From a virus (Duplodnaviria; Caudoviricetes), in IMG/VR virus record IMGVR_UViG_3300012983_001373, positions 39,621-103,620 of that record: DNA of 64,000 bases. One strand, 5' to 3'. The notes under the pieces were generated by a model. It saw only the letters and a list, made by a program, of their open reading frames with translations. It had not been told where the DNA came from and made no database searches. The position numbers and the translations under genes are program-made. Below, piece after piece: positions 11,601 to 20,399 of the stretch (its first letter is position 1; each line of letters starts with the position of its first letter).

Positions 11601-12042
11601 TCAATGTATTTGTTGAATATCCAGTAAGAGATGATGCTCTAGGAATTGGTGTTAATGTAAAATTTCCAGATACATATACATCTCCAAAAGATATTTTAGT
11701 TGCATGAAGTATACTAAAAGATATTGTTTTTTTACCATCGTTATTATGATAGATAGTTACAGATTTACTAGCTAGTGTTTTTGAAGCACCAACTGAAGAC
11801 TTTCTTAAATCGAATGTAACAGTCTGTGAGCCATAATTTCCTCCATTTATAACAAACTGTACATAAGAACAGTAGCTATTGTTATAAGAAGAACTATTTG
11901 CAGCAGTTTTTATCATCTTCATTGTAAAAGTCAATGTCGTACAGTTACTAGCAATATTTCTATTAGACTCAGTTACTGTAACTTGCCATTTATAACTTTT
12001 CTTATTTACAGTATAAGTTTGACTAGCTATTTTAATCACCAC
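5638..12042 (-). CDS. Giant tail fibre/receptor-binding protein: DUF859-like N-terminus, Ig-like repeats, His/Cys/aromatic-rich inserts, CBM-like domain
   Basis: 2134 aa. The N-terminus (SNRNIASNCTTLTF...TIYHNNDGKKTISFS...LTPIPRAS) resembles phage DUF859-type tail proteins. Ig-like repeats end in VTDTAGH, IYDQYNN, VSDMSGN and IMDTSGH. The true start may be ATA at 12030. Confidence 0.7.
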   Translation of the reverse strand: MVIKIASQTYTVNKKSYKWQVTVTESNRNIASNCTTLTFTMKMIKTAANSSSYNNSYCSYVQFVINGGNYGSQTVTFDLRKSSVGASKTLASKSVTIYHNNDGKKTISFSILHATKISFGDVYVSGNFTLTPIPRASSLTGYSTNTLNIGAKAWVKIAAQTSEARHDIHMRTDNSGWVAIGWQLKAGEHNLTIPSNFYSYVSKQQTRQAYLRLQTIVDGRVIADQYSIQAFKVHNPNYDLNINNFYLRSDTYNEGGQYIAGETRFKTYLSVSGTLNISSVKYEIRGKNYQDATLWNPSKSHYWESAIMQNTGATSITAVVTDTAGHVTRKTINATLYDDSELKIHSITPSGTTDNTGSFAVTKPVSFNIKYSASKSRISRVYYRINNDYDRSVYSWNQTQGSFSYQFSRAGVYNVTVIIYDQYNNTASKTIQVCIDESRGDLKITSMYANGYLDNTNTYVTGIPQKITIKYTSTYQITNVQIRARGDYYTGWYYINRPPRGSGHWNQNEAVWEPNFNTWHNIIYIDVRVSDMSGNVVEKTIQIRQLDPIQKNPPRWYFVDGWDGIFIEEGAKMYFQGTSTDPKDYKIFYASAHTDLFNVEYHCRHYWGYHYGYWNCTRKRLQERLLANIDPNTFSLHVFKDFGEDFSNKPMYQNGKNMYMYPKDVHKYYALQFMEHVEPGDTILMFVIERKWINSLGQYIYSADEASINHKTMTPMCTLPYDPPELTLGVAENEANKITYTYRNPLYDTRFNNIDITFLVDLCLIVRDKDGKIVNGPNPGKRDGKNGRTWVQYSDRKWHHCFTPHGMPSAYNFRTFNTSFDLTSYPADCTVTAVAFYYANHHRFPSIYSTSNIVSVVKQDLNLNLKFVDPVNGDWVTERNPEISVEVALPANNILHNSKLVYDESIDFAADFKAAKWKSNPIIFNVNRTHSHHLPHFHMNWCYYHHHYYRYRGWTHPIYCPHDWFYDCRWLYRNRWLGENQRVEPSENALIINKYKDYRLFLECRSNSFDEAHQIDLGDINTFELLQNKKYAFKYRMPESEGRYLINPGDNQLALFVKPYVDNSTDVFYYTAAGEWTTRKLYESEILLTSNPYLNNSFVLPDGVDDFARITNNVLEIRIPKDKIVKGKKHKLKYDFYAKRAFHFANTGGYICHHPHRIVHCYTHTWVCGHWHKHVIYHPPYTHYHGHFVPEIHYGEQWISKEIEFTRTDDDEYVVIKFDAVGLHTLKFRNFQVIDHNGQAVDIGTPSVLNKRERLHQKKITIKYDGFYFKHKYIDPLKADDLHSLRNYLNVISNEYNCKNFVMNGTFNDAHLSYNNFTLEAWKNWGGLKVYKSQGLDGFNDEDTVYLKCPTDREGVSSGIYQAFSCETIPPNSTITVDYTLHDSTNYDHPIEEEVIEEPPAPPPVVPTVPPAFSVQGLQLFGGFDGPLHNRYMEYGTVHFVVNYYTVVPIAKVEYRITGGMSTSWQRVPVGQFTNFTATGEWFIPLIPVRAVRNCVLNVRIMDTSGHYRTITAPFVVYAREHDFRGINANIYNMPLFLYRFSGGCWDPTTNTTYFHPSYAQNAKLYAGMNHTYISHLGSIDRLSQTVFSENELRNQQTRTSVASYPYTLAANLNKNKKNHEAGAILQDYRVPHYYNYAYPCHYTTTHLDYTAKAVIDANFFNKMHATAAASEIMAIDDIEEGLVRRDTRAAGDSSRIGSNLTVELSLPPGTTTNRYNGCCHNGLFVAGQTALQLKIDIKGCVGNKAEVMINVTGCNEEHEKLIVTIKDGKGSCLWTSDQFHCSGYVNVNVSVLDKGTNRKAYARTSFSVYGNCPFNDRHHYLHDYYYTDDTSDYHTRIYNFSTSSADGLVDANKPLTLYLDGYGWHSGKYSKIELFGANNWSTRVNHSNSSDYVNTTVQIPASALKNKGITYIRWTLSSNRCAYDDVTCTKTLKIYTYKTYEAAPPPPPPVEPTPQPVVMPPKSEAYLQYIVDGEIDETVKLSDSGGKKSIMLTTRPKHYDEIRIAFTHGGATTSYNRNYLLIIKDVRISKPVPYRSIPTSAELAKLRAQGKGDYYMEARDFNDMVDYCYTLFSVIKYKNPQGFEADPELFNDIERAIPEETSKGPDTYSTLCKTYFDDWRELIEAISAMSRRK

Positions 12043-12055
12043 CTTTTTTTACTTT

Positions 12056-12070
12056 CTATTATTTAATTAC
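12056..12070 (-). promoter_or_regulatory. Putative phage late promoter motif GTAATT-N6-TAG
   Basis: Minus strand GTAATTaaataaTAG, just downstream of a terminator and upstream of the RBS. Confidence 0.55.
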
Positions 12071-12077
12071 CAGTTCT

Positions 12078-12109
12078 AATAAAAATAGCACCCAGTTATG
12101 AGTGCTATT
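12078..12109 (-). terminator. Intrinsic terminator
   Basis: Minus strand AATAGCACTC-ataact-GGGTGCTATT followed by TTTATT, immediately after the stop at 12112. Confidence 0.75.
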
Positions 12110-12111
12110 CA

Positions 12112-15100
12112 TTATTGCCCTTCTGGCTCTTCTGGTGTTTCAGGTTCTTCTGGTTCTAATTTTTTAAGTCTTTCGTCTAGCGAAGCTAAAGTTTTATTTA
12201 TCTCTGTTATTGCATCACTAAGGGTTTTTAATTCAGTTTGTAAAGCGTCATTTAATTTCTCTTTAGTTACACTTTTGTTTGCTATTTTAATTGTAGTTAC
12301 AGCTAAGTCTGCTATCTTACCTGTAGTTACTGCAAGATCAGCAAGCTTTCCTGTACCTACATTTAAATTAGCTATTTTTCCTGATGTAACATTTAAGTCT
12401 GCTATTTTATCTGTAGTCACTGCTCCGTTATTTATTTTAACATTAGTAACTGCATCACTTGCAAGTTTATCAGCAGTTACTTCATAGTTTTTAATTTTAT
12501 CTTTTGTAATAGCATTATTTGCAATTTTAGCTTCGGTTACAGCATTTTTATTTATTTTATCAGTTGTGACTGAACTATTTACTAGTTCTGTTGTATTTAC
12601 TTGTAATCCTGTTATAGAACCAGACTGATTATTTATAGTAAGCTTTTTAACAGAAACATTTCCTGAAGCATCTACAGTAAATGAATTATTAATATTTATA
12701 CCATTTTTATTAATAGCTATTTCATCATTGTCTCCTGCTTTGAAATCTGCTTTTGTTATTGAACCATTAGTAAGTGAATAATTGGTACAAGTCATTTTAC
12801 CTGCAACTGAAACTTTAAAGACATGATTTATATCTATGTCTCCACCTGATATAGTTAAATTATTTGCAGTTGCTACTCCATCTATATCAACTTTAAAAGC
12901 ATTATTATTTATATTTAAACCTTCTCTATTAAAAACAATTCTTTCTTCATTTGTTTTATTTGTCATTTTTATAACTGGATTAGTTATAAGTTTTTCATCT
13001 AACGCACCTTCATTTATATGATGTCCTTTAATACAATTAGGTAGTAAGCTGTTACCAGATATAGAACCTTGTGTTTGGTCAAAAACACTACCATTCAAAG
13101 TACCTTCTTCTATTTGGGATCCAGTAATCATTAGAGTTTTTGCAACGACGTTCCCTTGTGTATCTACTGAAAATAATCCATTGTTAACAAAGATACCATC
13201 ATCATTTAAAATAAACTTACCATCTGTTGTTTGAATAGTTGCCCCTGTAATAATTTTACCGTTGATAGCATGAGCTTCTATTTTATCTGCTGTTATTGCA
13301 CCGTCAACTATCATTTCTGCAGATGCCTTTTTATTGATTAATACATTTCTAATAAAGAATTGATTATCTGATTCATCATTTAATAATACAATATCTGTTG
13401 CTAAAAATATATCTGTATGAGTTATTGTTTTATTTGCTGATTCATTTTGAATTGTAAATTCTAATTCATATGTTTTAAGATTATGGTCCATAGCCCATTG
13501 TTCTTCTACTAAATCAATATAAGAATCGTCATCATAATATTGTCTTATATATAAATATAAGAGACGTTCATCATCAAACGATGAGCTACCTTCAAAAGAT
13601 AAACGATAGACTTCACCTTTTTTGAAAGTTGGATTTCCATACATCTCATTCAACATTAACATATTGTCAAATATAAAATATTTTTTCTCATTAACCACTA
13701 TTGTTTTAGCATTATATAAATTCCCTGCTTCAGAGTCTGGATTTATTAGACATAAATTAGAGAAATCTCCAAGCATAAGTTTATTTGCCAATATAGTGTT
13801 AGTTTGAATTAATCCTCCATTTATAGTAGTAGATCCTTCTATTGCTCCGTATGCCCACTCTTTAACTCTATCGTAAGTATTGTCTACTATATTTTGAACA
13901 TCTTCACTTAATTTCTCGTGAGATACTGCTCCCATTGCAAGAGAACCTGCTTCTATAGATTCAGTTTTTATAAACGTACCACTTATATATAAATCATTCT
14001 TACCTGTTTCAGGATTAACTGTTTCATATATCCCTTTCATCTCTCCGTTGTTAGTAAGTGCTCTTAATACTTCTTCATGACTGACAGTTTCTTGATTTTT
14101 TAATATATCAGCTATGTCTTCAGGAGATAATTCCCAAGGATAAAATGTATTAGTATTATATAAGCTAAGTTCTGTTATATAAAATTCACACATCTGCATA
14201 GGCTCTACACCTATATAAAGATTTAACGCTTCTGTATTTGATAATGTATTAAATGAAATTGTTATTTGAACAAATTTTGTATCTTTTACAGTGTACTGCC
14301 TAGTTTTTATATCTGTTGTTCTACCTAAATTATCAATAGATGATACTTTTACATATACAGCGTCACCAGTATAAGTATTGTCCATTTTAGAATAGATTTT
14401 AAAACTAAAAGTATAAGTATCGTTCTTTTTGATAGGGAACAAAGTTTTTTGAGCCAAACCAGCAGATATTTCAGTATTGGGTGTGGGTATTCTATTCATT
14501 AATCTCATACAACGATAGTTTGCTATCTCTGATACTTCATAAGGATACAAATATGTACTATCGTCTGTTGTATAATGTTTTGTATTGTAAGTCCAGAAGT
14601 TAGAATTTCTAATAAGGTTTCTAACAGCCTGGTCTGATTTACCTACTTCATTCCATTTTTTATTAACAGCATCCCATATCTTTATAACAGATGGAGTCAT
14701 GTTTGTATCTATCCATATAGTACCATCTATAGGGTCTGCAGGAGGATATATACTTGAAAACATTTCATTTACATCTATTAAAAAGATTCTAGCTGTTGCT
14801 ATACAAGTTCTTTTGTTTTTTATAATATCATAAGCGTCTACTTGTATTAAGCATTTTCCATCTACTTCATTTTTATTTAAGATGATTTCAGAGGAGCCAT
14901 TGTAATCGCTCCCCCAACTAGTATCTTCTTCTATGTTATCAGAATCAAAAGAGAAACGGCGCCAAACTATATCTTTATATTGTTTAGTTACGTCTTCAAA
15001 TCCTTTATAAATTCTAAATGTCAATATAGTGTCTATATCATAAGGTTGAAACAATTCGCCGTTTGAGCTTAATAATTCTGCTTGATATTTATATGAATCA

Positions 15101-15159
15101 TCCACTGCACTTAAAACAATAGAAGCTGTTGTCAAAATATTTTTTAAATTAAAAGCCAT
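12112..15159 (-). CDS. Tail fibre / host-specificity protein (Ig-like N-terminus, carbohydrate-binding-like module, beta-rich shaft, 10-aa repeats, C-terminal coiled coil)
   Basis: 1015 aa, ATG with AGGAG RBS. NLIRNSNF starts a CBM-like module. Also contains SAEMIVDGAITADKI and tandem VTTDKI/VTEAKIA/VTADKLA/VTTGKIADL repeats. Confidence 0.75.
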   Translation of the reverse strand: MAFNLKNILTTASIVLSAVDDSYKYQAELLSSNGELFQPYDIDTILTFRIYKGFEDVTKQYKDIVWRRFSFDSDNIEEDTSWGSDYNGSSEIILNKNEVDGKCLIQVDAYDIIKNKRTCIATARIFLIDVNEMFSSIYPPADPIDGTIWIDTNMTPSVIKIWDAVNKKWNEVGKSDQAVRNLIRNSNFWTYNTKHYTTDDSTYLYPYEVSEIANYRCMRLMNRIPTPNTEISAGLAQKTLFPIKKNDTYTFSFKIYSKMDNTYTGDAVYVKVSSIDNLGRTTDIKTRQYTVKDTKFVQITISFNTLSNTEALNLYIGVEPMQMCEFYITELSLYNTNTFYPWELSPEDIADILKNQETVSHEEVLRALTNNGEMKGIYETVNPETGKNDLYISGTFIKTESIEAGSLAMGAVSHEKLSEDVQNIVDNTYDRVKEWAYGAIEGSTTINGGLIQTNTILANKLMLGDFSNLCLINPDSEAGNLYNAKTIVVNEKKYFIFDNMLMLNEMYGNPTFKKGEVYRLSFEGSSSFDDERLLYLYIRQYYDDDSYIDLVEEQWAMDHNLKTYELEFTIQNESANKTITHTDIFLATDIVLLNDESDNQFFIRNVLINKKASAEMIVDGAITADKIEAHAINGKIITGATIQTTDGKFILNDDGIFVNNGLFSVDTQGNVVAKTLMITGSQIEEGTLNGSVFDQTQGSISGNSLLPNCIKGHHINEGALDEKLITNPVIKMTNKTNEERIVFNREGLNINNNAFKVDIDGVATANNLTISGGDIDINHVFKVSVAGKMTCTNYSLTNGSITKADFKAGDNDEIAINKNGININNSFTVDASGNVSVKKLTINNQSGSITGLQVNTTELVNSSVTTDKINKNAVTEAKIANNAITKDKIKNYEVTADKLASDAVTNVKINNGAVTTDKIADLNVTSGKIANLNVGTGKLADLAVTTGKIADLAVTTIKIANKSVTKEKLNDALQTELKTLSDAITEINKTLASLDERLKKLEPEEPETPEEPEGQ
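12250..12585 (-). repeat. Tandem 30-bp / 10-aa coding repeats (xxVTxxKIxx) in the fibre shaft
   Basis: About 11 units, e.g. NSSVTTDKIN KNAVTEAKIA NNAITKDKIK NYEVTADKLA SDAVTNVKIN NGAVTTDKIA DLNVTSGKIA NLNVGTGKLA DLAVTTGKIA DLAVTTIKIA NKSVTKEKLN. Confidence 0.85.
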
Positions 15160-15170
15160 ATAATCAACTC

Positions 15171-16697
15171 CTATTCAGGTGAATTATTATATGAATTAAT
15201 TTCATGTGCTGTACTAATTAATGCTTCAGCATCATCTTCGCTTATTCCTAATTGTTCATTAAGTATTGCAGCTGCTATTAAATCTTCTTCTGTAGGATTG
15301 TTAATTATTAATGCTTCTCTTGCCATTGCAGCTTGTGCTGCTGCTTTATCTACTACTACACATTGGAATGTGTTTACAGTATCCACATCAGTAGCTTTAA
15401 TTGAAAGAACTCTACTTGTAGGTCTTAATGTAATAGAATCATTGTCATCCATTCTAGCCATTTGTAATTCACCAGCATCGTCTAACCATAATGTATATAC
15501 CTCTTCTCCATTATTAGATAATCTAAACCAATAATATTCGAAGTCAGTATCATATCTTTCATCATTATTATCTAATAAAGAACCTTGGTAATTTATCATA
15601 CAAGTTAATGTAGTTCCCATAGCATTCATACCTTGATAAATTTTATCTCCATTAGAAGAATGTATAAATGATTGTATAGCGTCTGAAGTATCGTATACTA
15701 CTTCTACTGCTGAATATTCTCTGTTTGTAGTAGAATCTTTAAATGTTGCTTTAAGAACGCTAGAACCAGCTATAAGAGCAGGGTAAAGTCTTAAATAGAA
15801 ACCGCCTCTTGCACTTTCCGTTTCTTCTGTAACAAAGTTTCCAAACTCGTCTTTGCTTGTATAACGACGGATTTCAAACATATCCATATAACTATATTCT
15901 TCGTTATTTTGTTTAGTACCATCTAATAATACCCAACTTGCTCCGTCTACTCCTCTTAAATACCATTTAAGATTAGAAGAAGTGATTCCATTTTCTATTG
16001 CTTGTTGTATATCTTCTTCTACACCATCTTTGAAATAAGATGCATATAAGTCTATATATCCAGGAACACCGTTTCTTATAGTAGTACCATTAACAGAATT
16101 GATAATTATTTCATTAGAGCCTTGTCCAGTAGATAAACAATTTAAATCTAGTTCATATATTTGTTTAACATTTTGTCTTGCAAATGGATCAAAATAATTA
16201 AATCTACATATAATAGTTGCAGAACTATCTTTATTTATTATGTTATCTTTTATAACAAGGAATCTTTTATCTTCTGTTTCATGTTTATAACTAAATCTAG
16301 TATCTATCTCTGGGTCTATTAATGTTTCAATACCATTAATATCTCTTATAAACCAATTTAGATTTTGAGTATTAATATATGGAGTATAATTACCATCACT
16401 ACTAACATCTTCAAGACTTGGATATTCTGTTGCATCGAATAAATCTGGAGCATATTCTTCTGCTGTTCCAGGATTCTTAACTATAGTTGAAGCATATAAA
16501 TATGGTTTTAATATTAAATTATTTTTCTTCCAATCTGGAGAGAATGGAGAACTACTTCCTGTAAGATAAACTTGGTTTTTACCACCCTTAACAACAGTTA
16601 AACCACCTATTAAATTAGCTACATCTGTTTGGTCTGTGATTGTTATAGATGCAGTAGTTTTAATTTGTTGGTTATTAATGTTAAAAATATTAGCCAA
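15171..16697 (-). CDS. Tail protein with Ig-like domains
   Basis: 510-aa ORF (track start 16703). SD AAAGGAGTGA favours TTG at 16697. Contains ASITITDQTD, FSPDW and two SxNGxxIxxG...TL...Y.W modules typical of Firmicutes phage tail proteins. Confidence 0.6.
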   Translation of the reverse strand: MANIFNINNQQIKTTASITITDQTDVANLIGGLTVVKGGKNQVYLTGSSSPFSPDWKKNNLILKPYLYASTIVKNPGTAEEYAPDLFDATEYPSLEDVSSDGNYTPYINTQNLNWFIRDINGIETLIDPEIDTRFSYKHETEDKRFLVIKDNIINKDSSATIICRFNYFDPFARQNVKQIYELDLNCLSTGQGSNEIIINSVNGTTIRNGVPGYIDLYASYFKDGVEEDIQQAIENGITSSNLKWYLRGVDGASWVLLDGTKQNNEEYSYMDMFEIRRYTSKDEFGNFVTEETESARGGFYLRLYPALIAGSSVLKATFKDSTTNREYSAVEVVYDTSDAIQSFIHSSNGDKIYQGMNAMGTTLTCMINYQGSLLDNNDERYDTDFEYYWFRLSNNGEEVYTLWLDDAGELQMARMDDNDSITLRPTSRVLSIKATDVDTVNTFQCVVVDKAAAQAAMAREALIINNPTEEDLIAAAILNEQLGISEDDAEALISTAHEINSYNNSPE

Positions 16698-16713
16698 AAA
16701 CAATCACTCCTTT

Positions 16714-17220
16714 CTATTTATTTTTTATACTTGCCATATAAGCATTATATGCGTTTCTAACAAATTCATTTTCATCTTCTCCTGATAAGTAAGCACAATG
16801 GAAAGTTGCGCGTCTATTAACGTCTTCATGTGTTATATATAGTGTTTTCATACCATATGAATGACGCAGATTCCATTCTTTATCTGCTACTGAATCATAT
16901 GAAGATCTAATCCATTTAAAATGTCTCATATCTATTCTATCTGTCATATCTACATTGTTTATTATAAGTTTCACACTAAGAACTAATTCAATAGAAGGAG
17001 AGATAAAAGTTCCTTTGTCACTATGTATTTCTAATCTATAAGTATTATCGTCCGATTCTATATCTATATCAGGAGAGGCGTTATCTTCCTCTCCTAAATT
17101 GTAACCTGACTCTTTTATCTTCTCTATTATCTCTGCAATAGATAAATCATATCTTTGATAACCATCATTCCATACAGGATGAACTACATGCTCATCTTGT
17201 TCCCATGGTTTCTTACTCAA
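16714..17220 (-). CDS. Tail protein with a single Ig-like module, paralogous to the N-terminus of 12112..15159
   Basis: 173-aa ORF (track start 17235; TTG at 17220 follows GAGGAAG). YRLEIHSDKGTF...FKWIRSSYDSVADKEW aligns by eye with YQAELLSSNGELF...IVWRRFSFDSDNIEEDTSW. Confidence 0.55.
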   Translation of the reverse strand: MSKKPWEQDEHVVHPVWNDGYQRYDLSIAEIIEKIKESGYNLGEEDNASPDIDIESDDNTYRLEIHSDKGTFISPSIELVLSVKLIINNVDMTDRIDMRHFKWIRSSYDSVADKEWNLRHSYGMKTLYITHEDVNRRATFHCAYLSGEDENEFVRNAYNAYMASIKNK

Positions 17221-17686
17221 AGTCTTCCTCTTCACTTTCTACTTTATATTCTAAATAGAAATATAGACTTTTTAATTCTGATTTAATATTATCAGGTATT
17301 GGCCCAATTTCTATATCTATTGTTTTGTAATTAGTGTGATTTGCTTCTTTACCATTGTTTGTAGCACCTGATAGATTTCCAAAAAATATTGTACCACCAT
17401 TCATATCTACTTCTAATTCTTGTAATTCAGAACCATCTATAGATACTTTTATTAGATTTAATAAGAAATTATTTTCATAAGTTTTAAATCCTAATACTAA
17501 TGTAGCGTCTTTAATATCTTGTATATCTTCTGTTCCTAAATAGTTATTCCAAACTCTTATAGTTTTTTTAAGAGTTCTACCAGGAGTTAAACTATCTTCT
17601 TCGGTATAGTTTTTAAATGTACTATACTCGAATTCATTTTGAGCTATCTCTTCTAAGACTTGCCACGAAACTCTTGGGTTCTTCAT
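17213..17686 (-). CDS. Hypothetical virion protein
   Basis: 157 aa, ATG with AAAGGAG RBS, within the tail operon. Confidence 0.6.
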   Translation of the reverse strand: MKNPRVSWQVLEEIAQNEFEYSTFKNYTEEDSLTPGRTLKKTIRVWNNYLGTEDIQDIKDATLVLGFKTYENNFLLNLIKVSIDGSELQELEVDMNGGTIFFGNLSGATNNGKEANHTNYKTIDIEIGPIPDNIKSELKSLYFYLEYKVESEEEDFE

Positions 17687-17700
17687 TTAAACTCTCCTTT

Positions 17701-20388
17701 CTAATCTTGTAATGTTCTTCCAGGACCATCATCTAACTTAATTCCAGATATGAAAACTCTACCTGTTATAGCATTAGCTTTTAAGAATTTAATATAACTT
17801 TTATTGTCTTGGAAGACTATTGAATAATCTTCATCTCTAATAAGATTCTTATCTAATTCTATTTCTTGGTCTCCTATTGTTATATTATATCTTATAAATG
17901 CTGTTACATAATCATTTGGATATATATCTTCGTCAAGAGGTTGTGAGTTTATTCCTGGGTCTCTTCTTTCTAAACTATAATTAATATGTTTTAATGATTT
18001 AATTAAGTTGTTTATTACAGTAGGAGGCATTTCAGATAAAGATAATATTGTATTAGGTACATTATGCTCTGGTTGGTCTTCTGTATCTTCAGTAGGAAGA
18101 TTTAACACTCTATTTATATCGTTTATCTTTTCATATAAATCTGTTCTAAGTGCAGAGATTGAATCTTCAAAATTATCTGTTCTATTAACTAATCTATCCA
18201 TATAACTATTTATATGGTCATAAGAATATATGTTAGTAGTTATTTTGTAGTTATAGTTTGCAGTACTTTCAAAATTGTTTATTTTAAATTTAGTACAAAC
18301 AGAAGCTTTTTTCTTAAAATAGTATCTTAAATAATCGCCTTCTACTTCTTCTTCTATTGGAAGCGCATAGTCATATGGAAGTTGCCCTGATTCAACAACT
18401 TGCTTTGGTTTGTAATATCCAAACTCTTCAATATAATCAATACCGTTAATAAGTTTTAAACCATTTTTAAATACTTCTAATTGGCATTCACCAAATCCAT
18501 ATTTAGCATTTTGTAATGTAAATACTCCATCAACTACTACATCAGGATTTATTATATCTTCATCAACAAATGTAGCTGTTCTTTCTAATTTTCTATTTAT
18601 AGGGCCAACACATATTCTACGTTGTACAGTTGCTTCTATAAATAGATTATTAGTTCCATCATAGTCTGTATAAATACTGTTTTCAGCATCTCTACCAGAG
18701 TCTAATGGTTCTAATAAATAGAATCCTATACCACTATTATCAAATGAATCTTCATCTAAATAATTCTTATTGATATAATCAGAAGTCCATCCAAAATGAT
18801 TTGCAGCCGCATCTCTTATTTCTTTTGGTAAATCACTGTCTGATCTAAGGTCATGTATTCTTATTTCTTTATATTGGTCTTCATGTAATGGTATTTGATT
18901 GACCATTATAGTAAGCTCTCCTCTATTAGGAGTGAATAACATATTTAAATCTTTTTCTCTTTCAAATAAGAAGTATTGATATTTATTAGGATAGAAAGTA
19001 TGAGAACCTTCTTCTATCTCTCTACCTTCGTCTAAGCTATTAGCTAGAACAGAATCAAAATATGCACAGTCTGCACCTTGGTCTGTTTTATATTGGTATT
19101 TGCCAGGTATTCCATCATACCATGTACAATATACTTTTGTGTTTTTAGAGTTCACATATGTTTGTTTATTTAATGGAACCCACATAAACTGTCCATCTTT
19201 ATATTCTATAGTATAAGTAATAACATCGCCCATCTGTAAAATTATATCTGGATTTTGGTCAGGTCTTTGTAAATCACTCATAAATCTTATTATATTTCCT
19301 TCTGTTGTATTAGCAGCAGCGTTACCGTCTGGACTTGCTAAAGCATGGCTAAGTTCTTCATAATCTCTATCTTTAACAAGTTTAACTCCATTAAGATAAA
19401 CAGATAATTCTCCAGTACCTATGCCAAAATCTGCTTCAGTAGCAAATGTTATATCTCCAGCGAAATCTCTAGGATAAATTCCGTCGATTTCTATTTTGTT
19501 TCTATATACATAACCGTCTGTAGCATGCCAATAATACATTGTATTATCAGTAGGGTTTAACCATATAGTATTCTCTACAGGAGTTTTAGGCTCTTGCATA
19601 TGTATTATCTGTAAGTCTTCAAAAGGAGTACCGCACACATACAATGTACCATTTCTATCTGTATATAAGTTTCTTATAGTTCTTAAATCTGTTTTAATAT
19701 CCATATAAGCATGTGGAACAGAATCGGCTTCATCTCTGTACTCATGGTCGATTTCTATATATGCTAATAGATATCTTGCGTCTGTTGGAAGTATTGCAGA
19801 AGGAGTAGTAGATGTAGTACCTTGTTTTACTTTTATATTAAAGTTCTTATCTATGTATAGTGTATCTATTCTTTTTGCTGTATAATAATAAGTTATTTCA
19901 ACTTCTTTAGTTGTTGAGCCAGATATGGTCAAGACTTTATCACGTACATTTCTTACTCTTATAAAGTCATCAATACTTAAACTGTTTCTATATTTAACTT
20001 GGATACCAGAGATATCTGGTTCATAACTTAATAATCTTTCAACTGGACATCTTCTACTTAATGCATAAGGAACAAATTTTATAACAGCTTGTTTGTTAGC
20101 ATCAAGTGTTACATATTCTTTACAAGAACTTAATATAGGTAGCTCTATATCAATTTTTTGTTCTTCTATAAAAATTTCGTCACCTGAATCATCTATTATT
20201 GAGCCTTCTGTAACAGTTACACTAAAGTCGGTTTCTGATTGATTAAAAATTATATCTAATCCGTAAGCAATCCCTGTACCACCAACTCCTAAGCGTTCGC
20301 GACTTATTTGGTCTTCTAGCTTTTCAAAGTTTTCTTGTATTTCCTCTGGTCTAATACCATCAGAAAAATCAATAACGTTTAGTGCCAC
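17701..20388 (-). CDS. Putative baseplate-attached tail fibre/structural protein
   Basis: 895 aa, GTG with GGAG RBS. N-terminal GIAYGLDI...VTVTEGSIIDDSGDEI and KRIDTLYI...VKQG...P.P...LAYI resemble baseplate/fibre attachment domains. Repeated VYLNG..L..DY.E modules. Confidence 0.6.
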   Translation of the reverse strand: MALNVIDFSDGIRPEEIQENFEKLEDQISRERLGVGGTGIAYGLDIIFNQSETDFSVTVTEGSIIDDSGDEIFIEEQKIDIELPILSSCKEYVTLDANKQAVIKFVPYALSRRCPVERLLSYEPDISGIQVKYRNSLSIDDFIRVRNVRDKVLTISGSTTKEVEITYYYTAKRIDTLYIDKNFNIKVKQGTTSTTPSAILPTDARYLLAYIEIDHEYRDEADSVPHAYMDIKTDLRTIRNLYTDRNGTLYVCGTPFEDLQIIHMQEPKTPVENTIWLNPTDNTMYYWHATDGYVYRNKIEIDGIYPRDFAGDITFATEADFGIGTGELSVYLNGVKLVKDRDYEELSHALASPDGNAAANTTEGNIIRFMSDLQRPDQNPDIILQMGDVITYTIEYKDGQFMWVPLNKQTYVNSKNTKVYCTWYDGIPGKYQYKTDQGADCAYFDSVLANSLDEGREIEEGSHTFYPNKYQYFLFEREKDLNMLFTPNRGELTIMVNQIPLHEDQYKEIRIHDLRSDSDLPKEIRDAAANHFGWTSDYINKNYLDEDSFDNSGIGFYLLEPLDSGRDAENSIYTDYDGTNNLFIEATVQRRICVGPINRKLERTATFVDEDIINPDVVVDGVFTLQNAKYGFGECQLEVFKNGLKLINGIDYIEEFGYYKPKQVVESGQLPYDYALPIEEEVEGDYLRYYFKKKASVCTKFKINNFESTANYNYKITTNIYSYDHINSYMDRLVNRTDNFEDSISALRTDLYEKINDINRVLNLPTEDTEDQPEHNVPNTILSLSEMPPTVINNLIKSLKHINYSLERRDPGINSQPLDEDIYPNDYVTAFIRYNITIGDQEIELDKNLIRDEDYSIVFQDNKSYIKFLKANAITGRVFISGIKLDDGPGRTLQD

Positions 20389-20399
20389 CCTCTCATCTC

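Noticed and set aside
12098-12487. 129-aa plus-strand ORF
   Set aside because: Antisense shadow of the 10-aa repeat region of the fibre gene. It has no RBS and mirrors the repeat periodicity.
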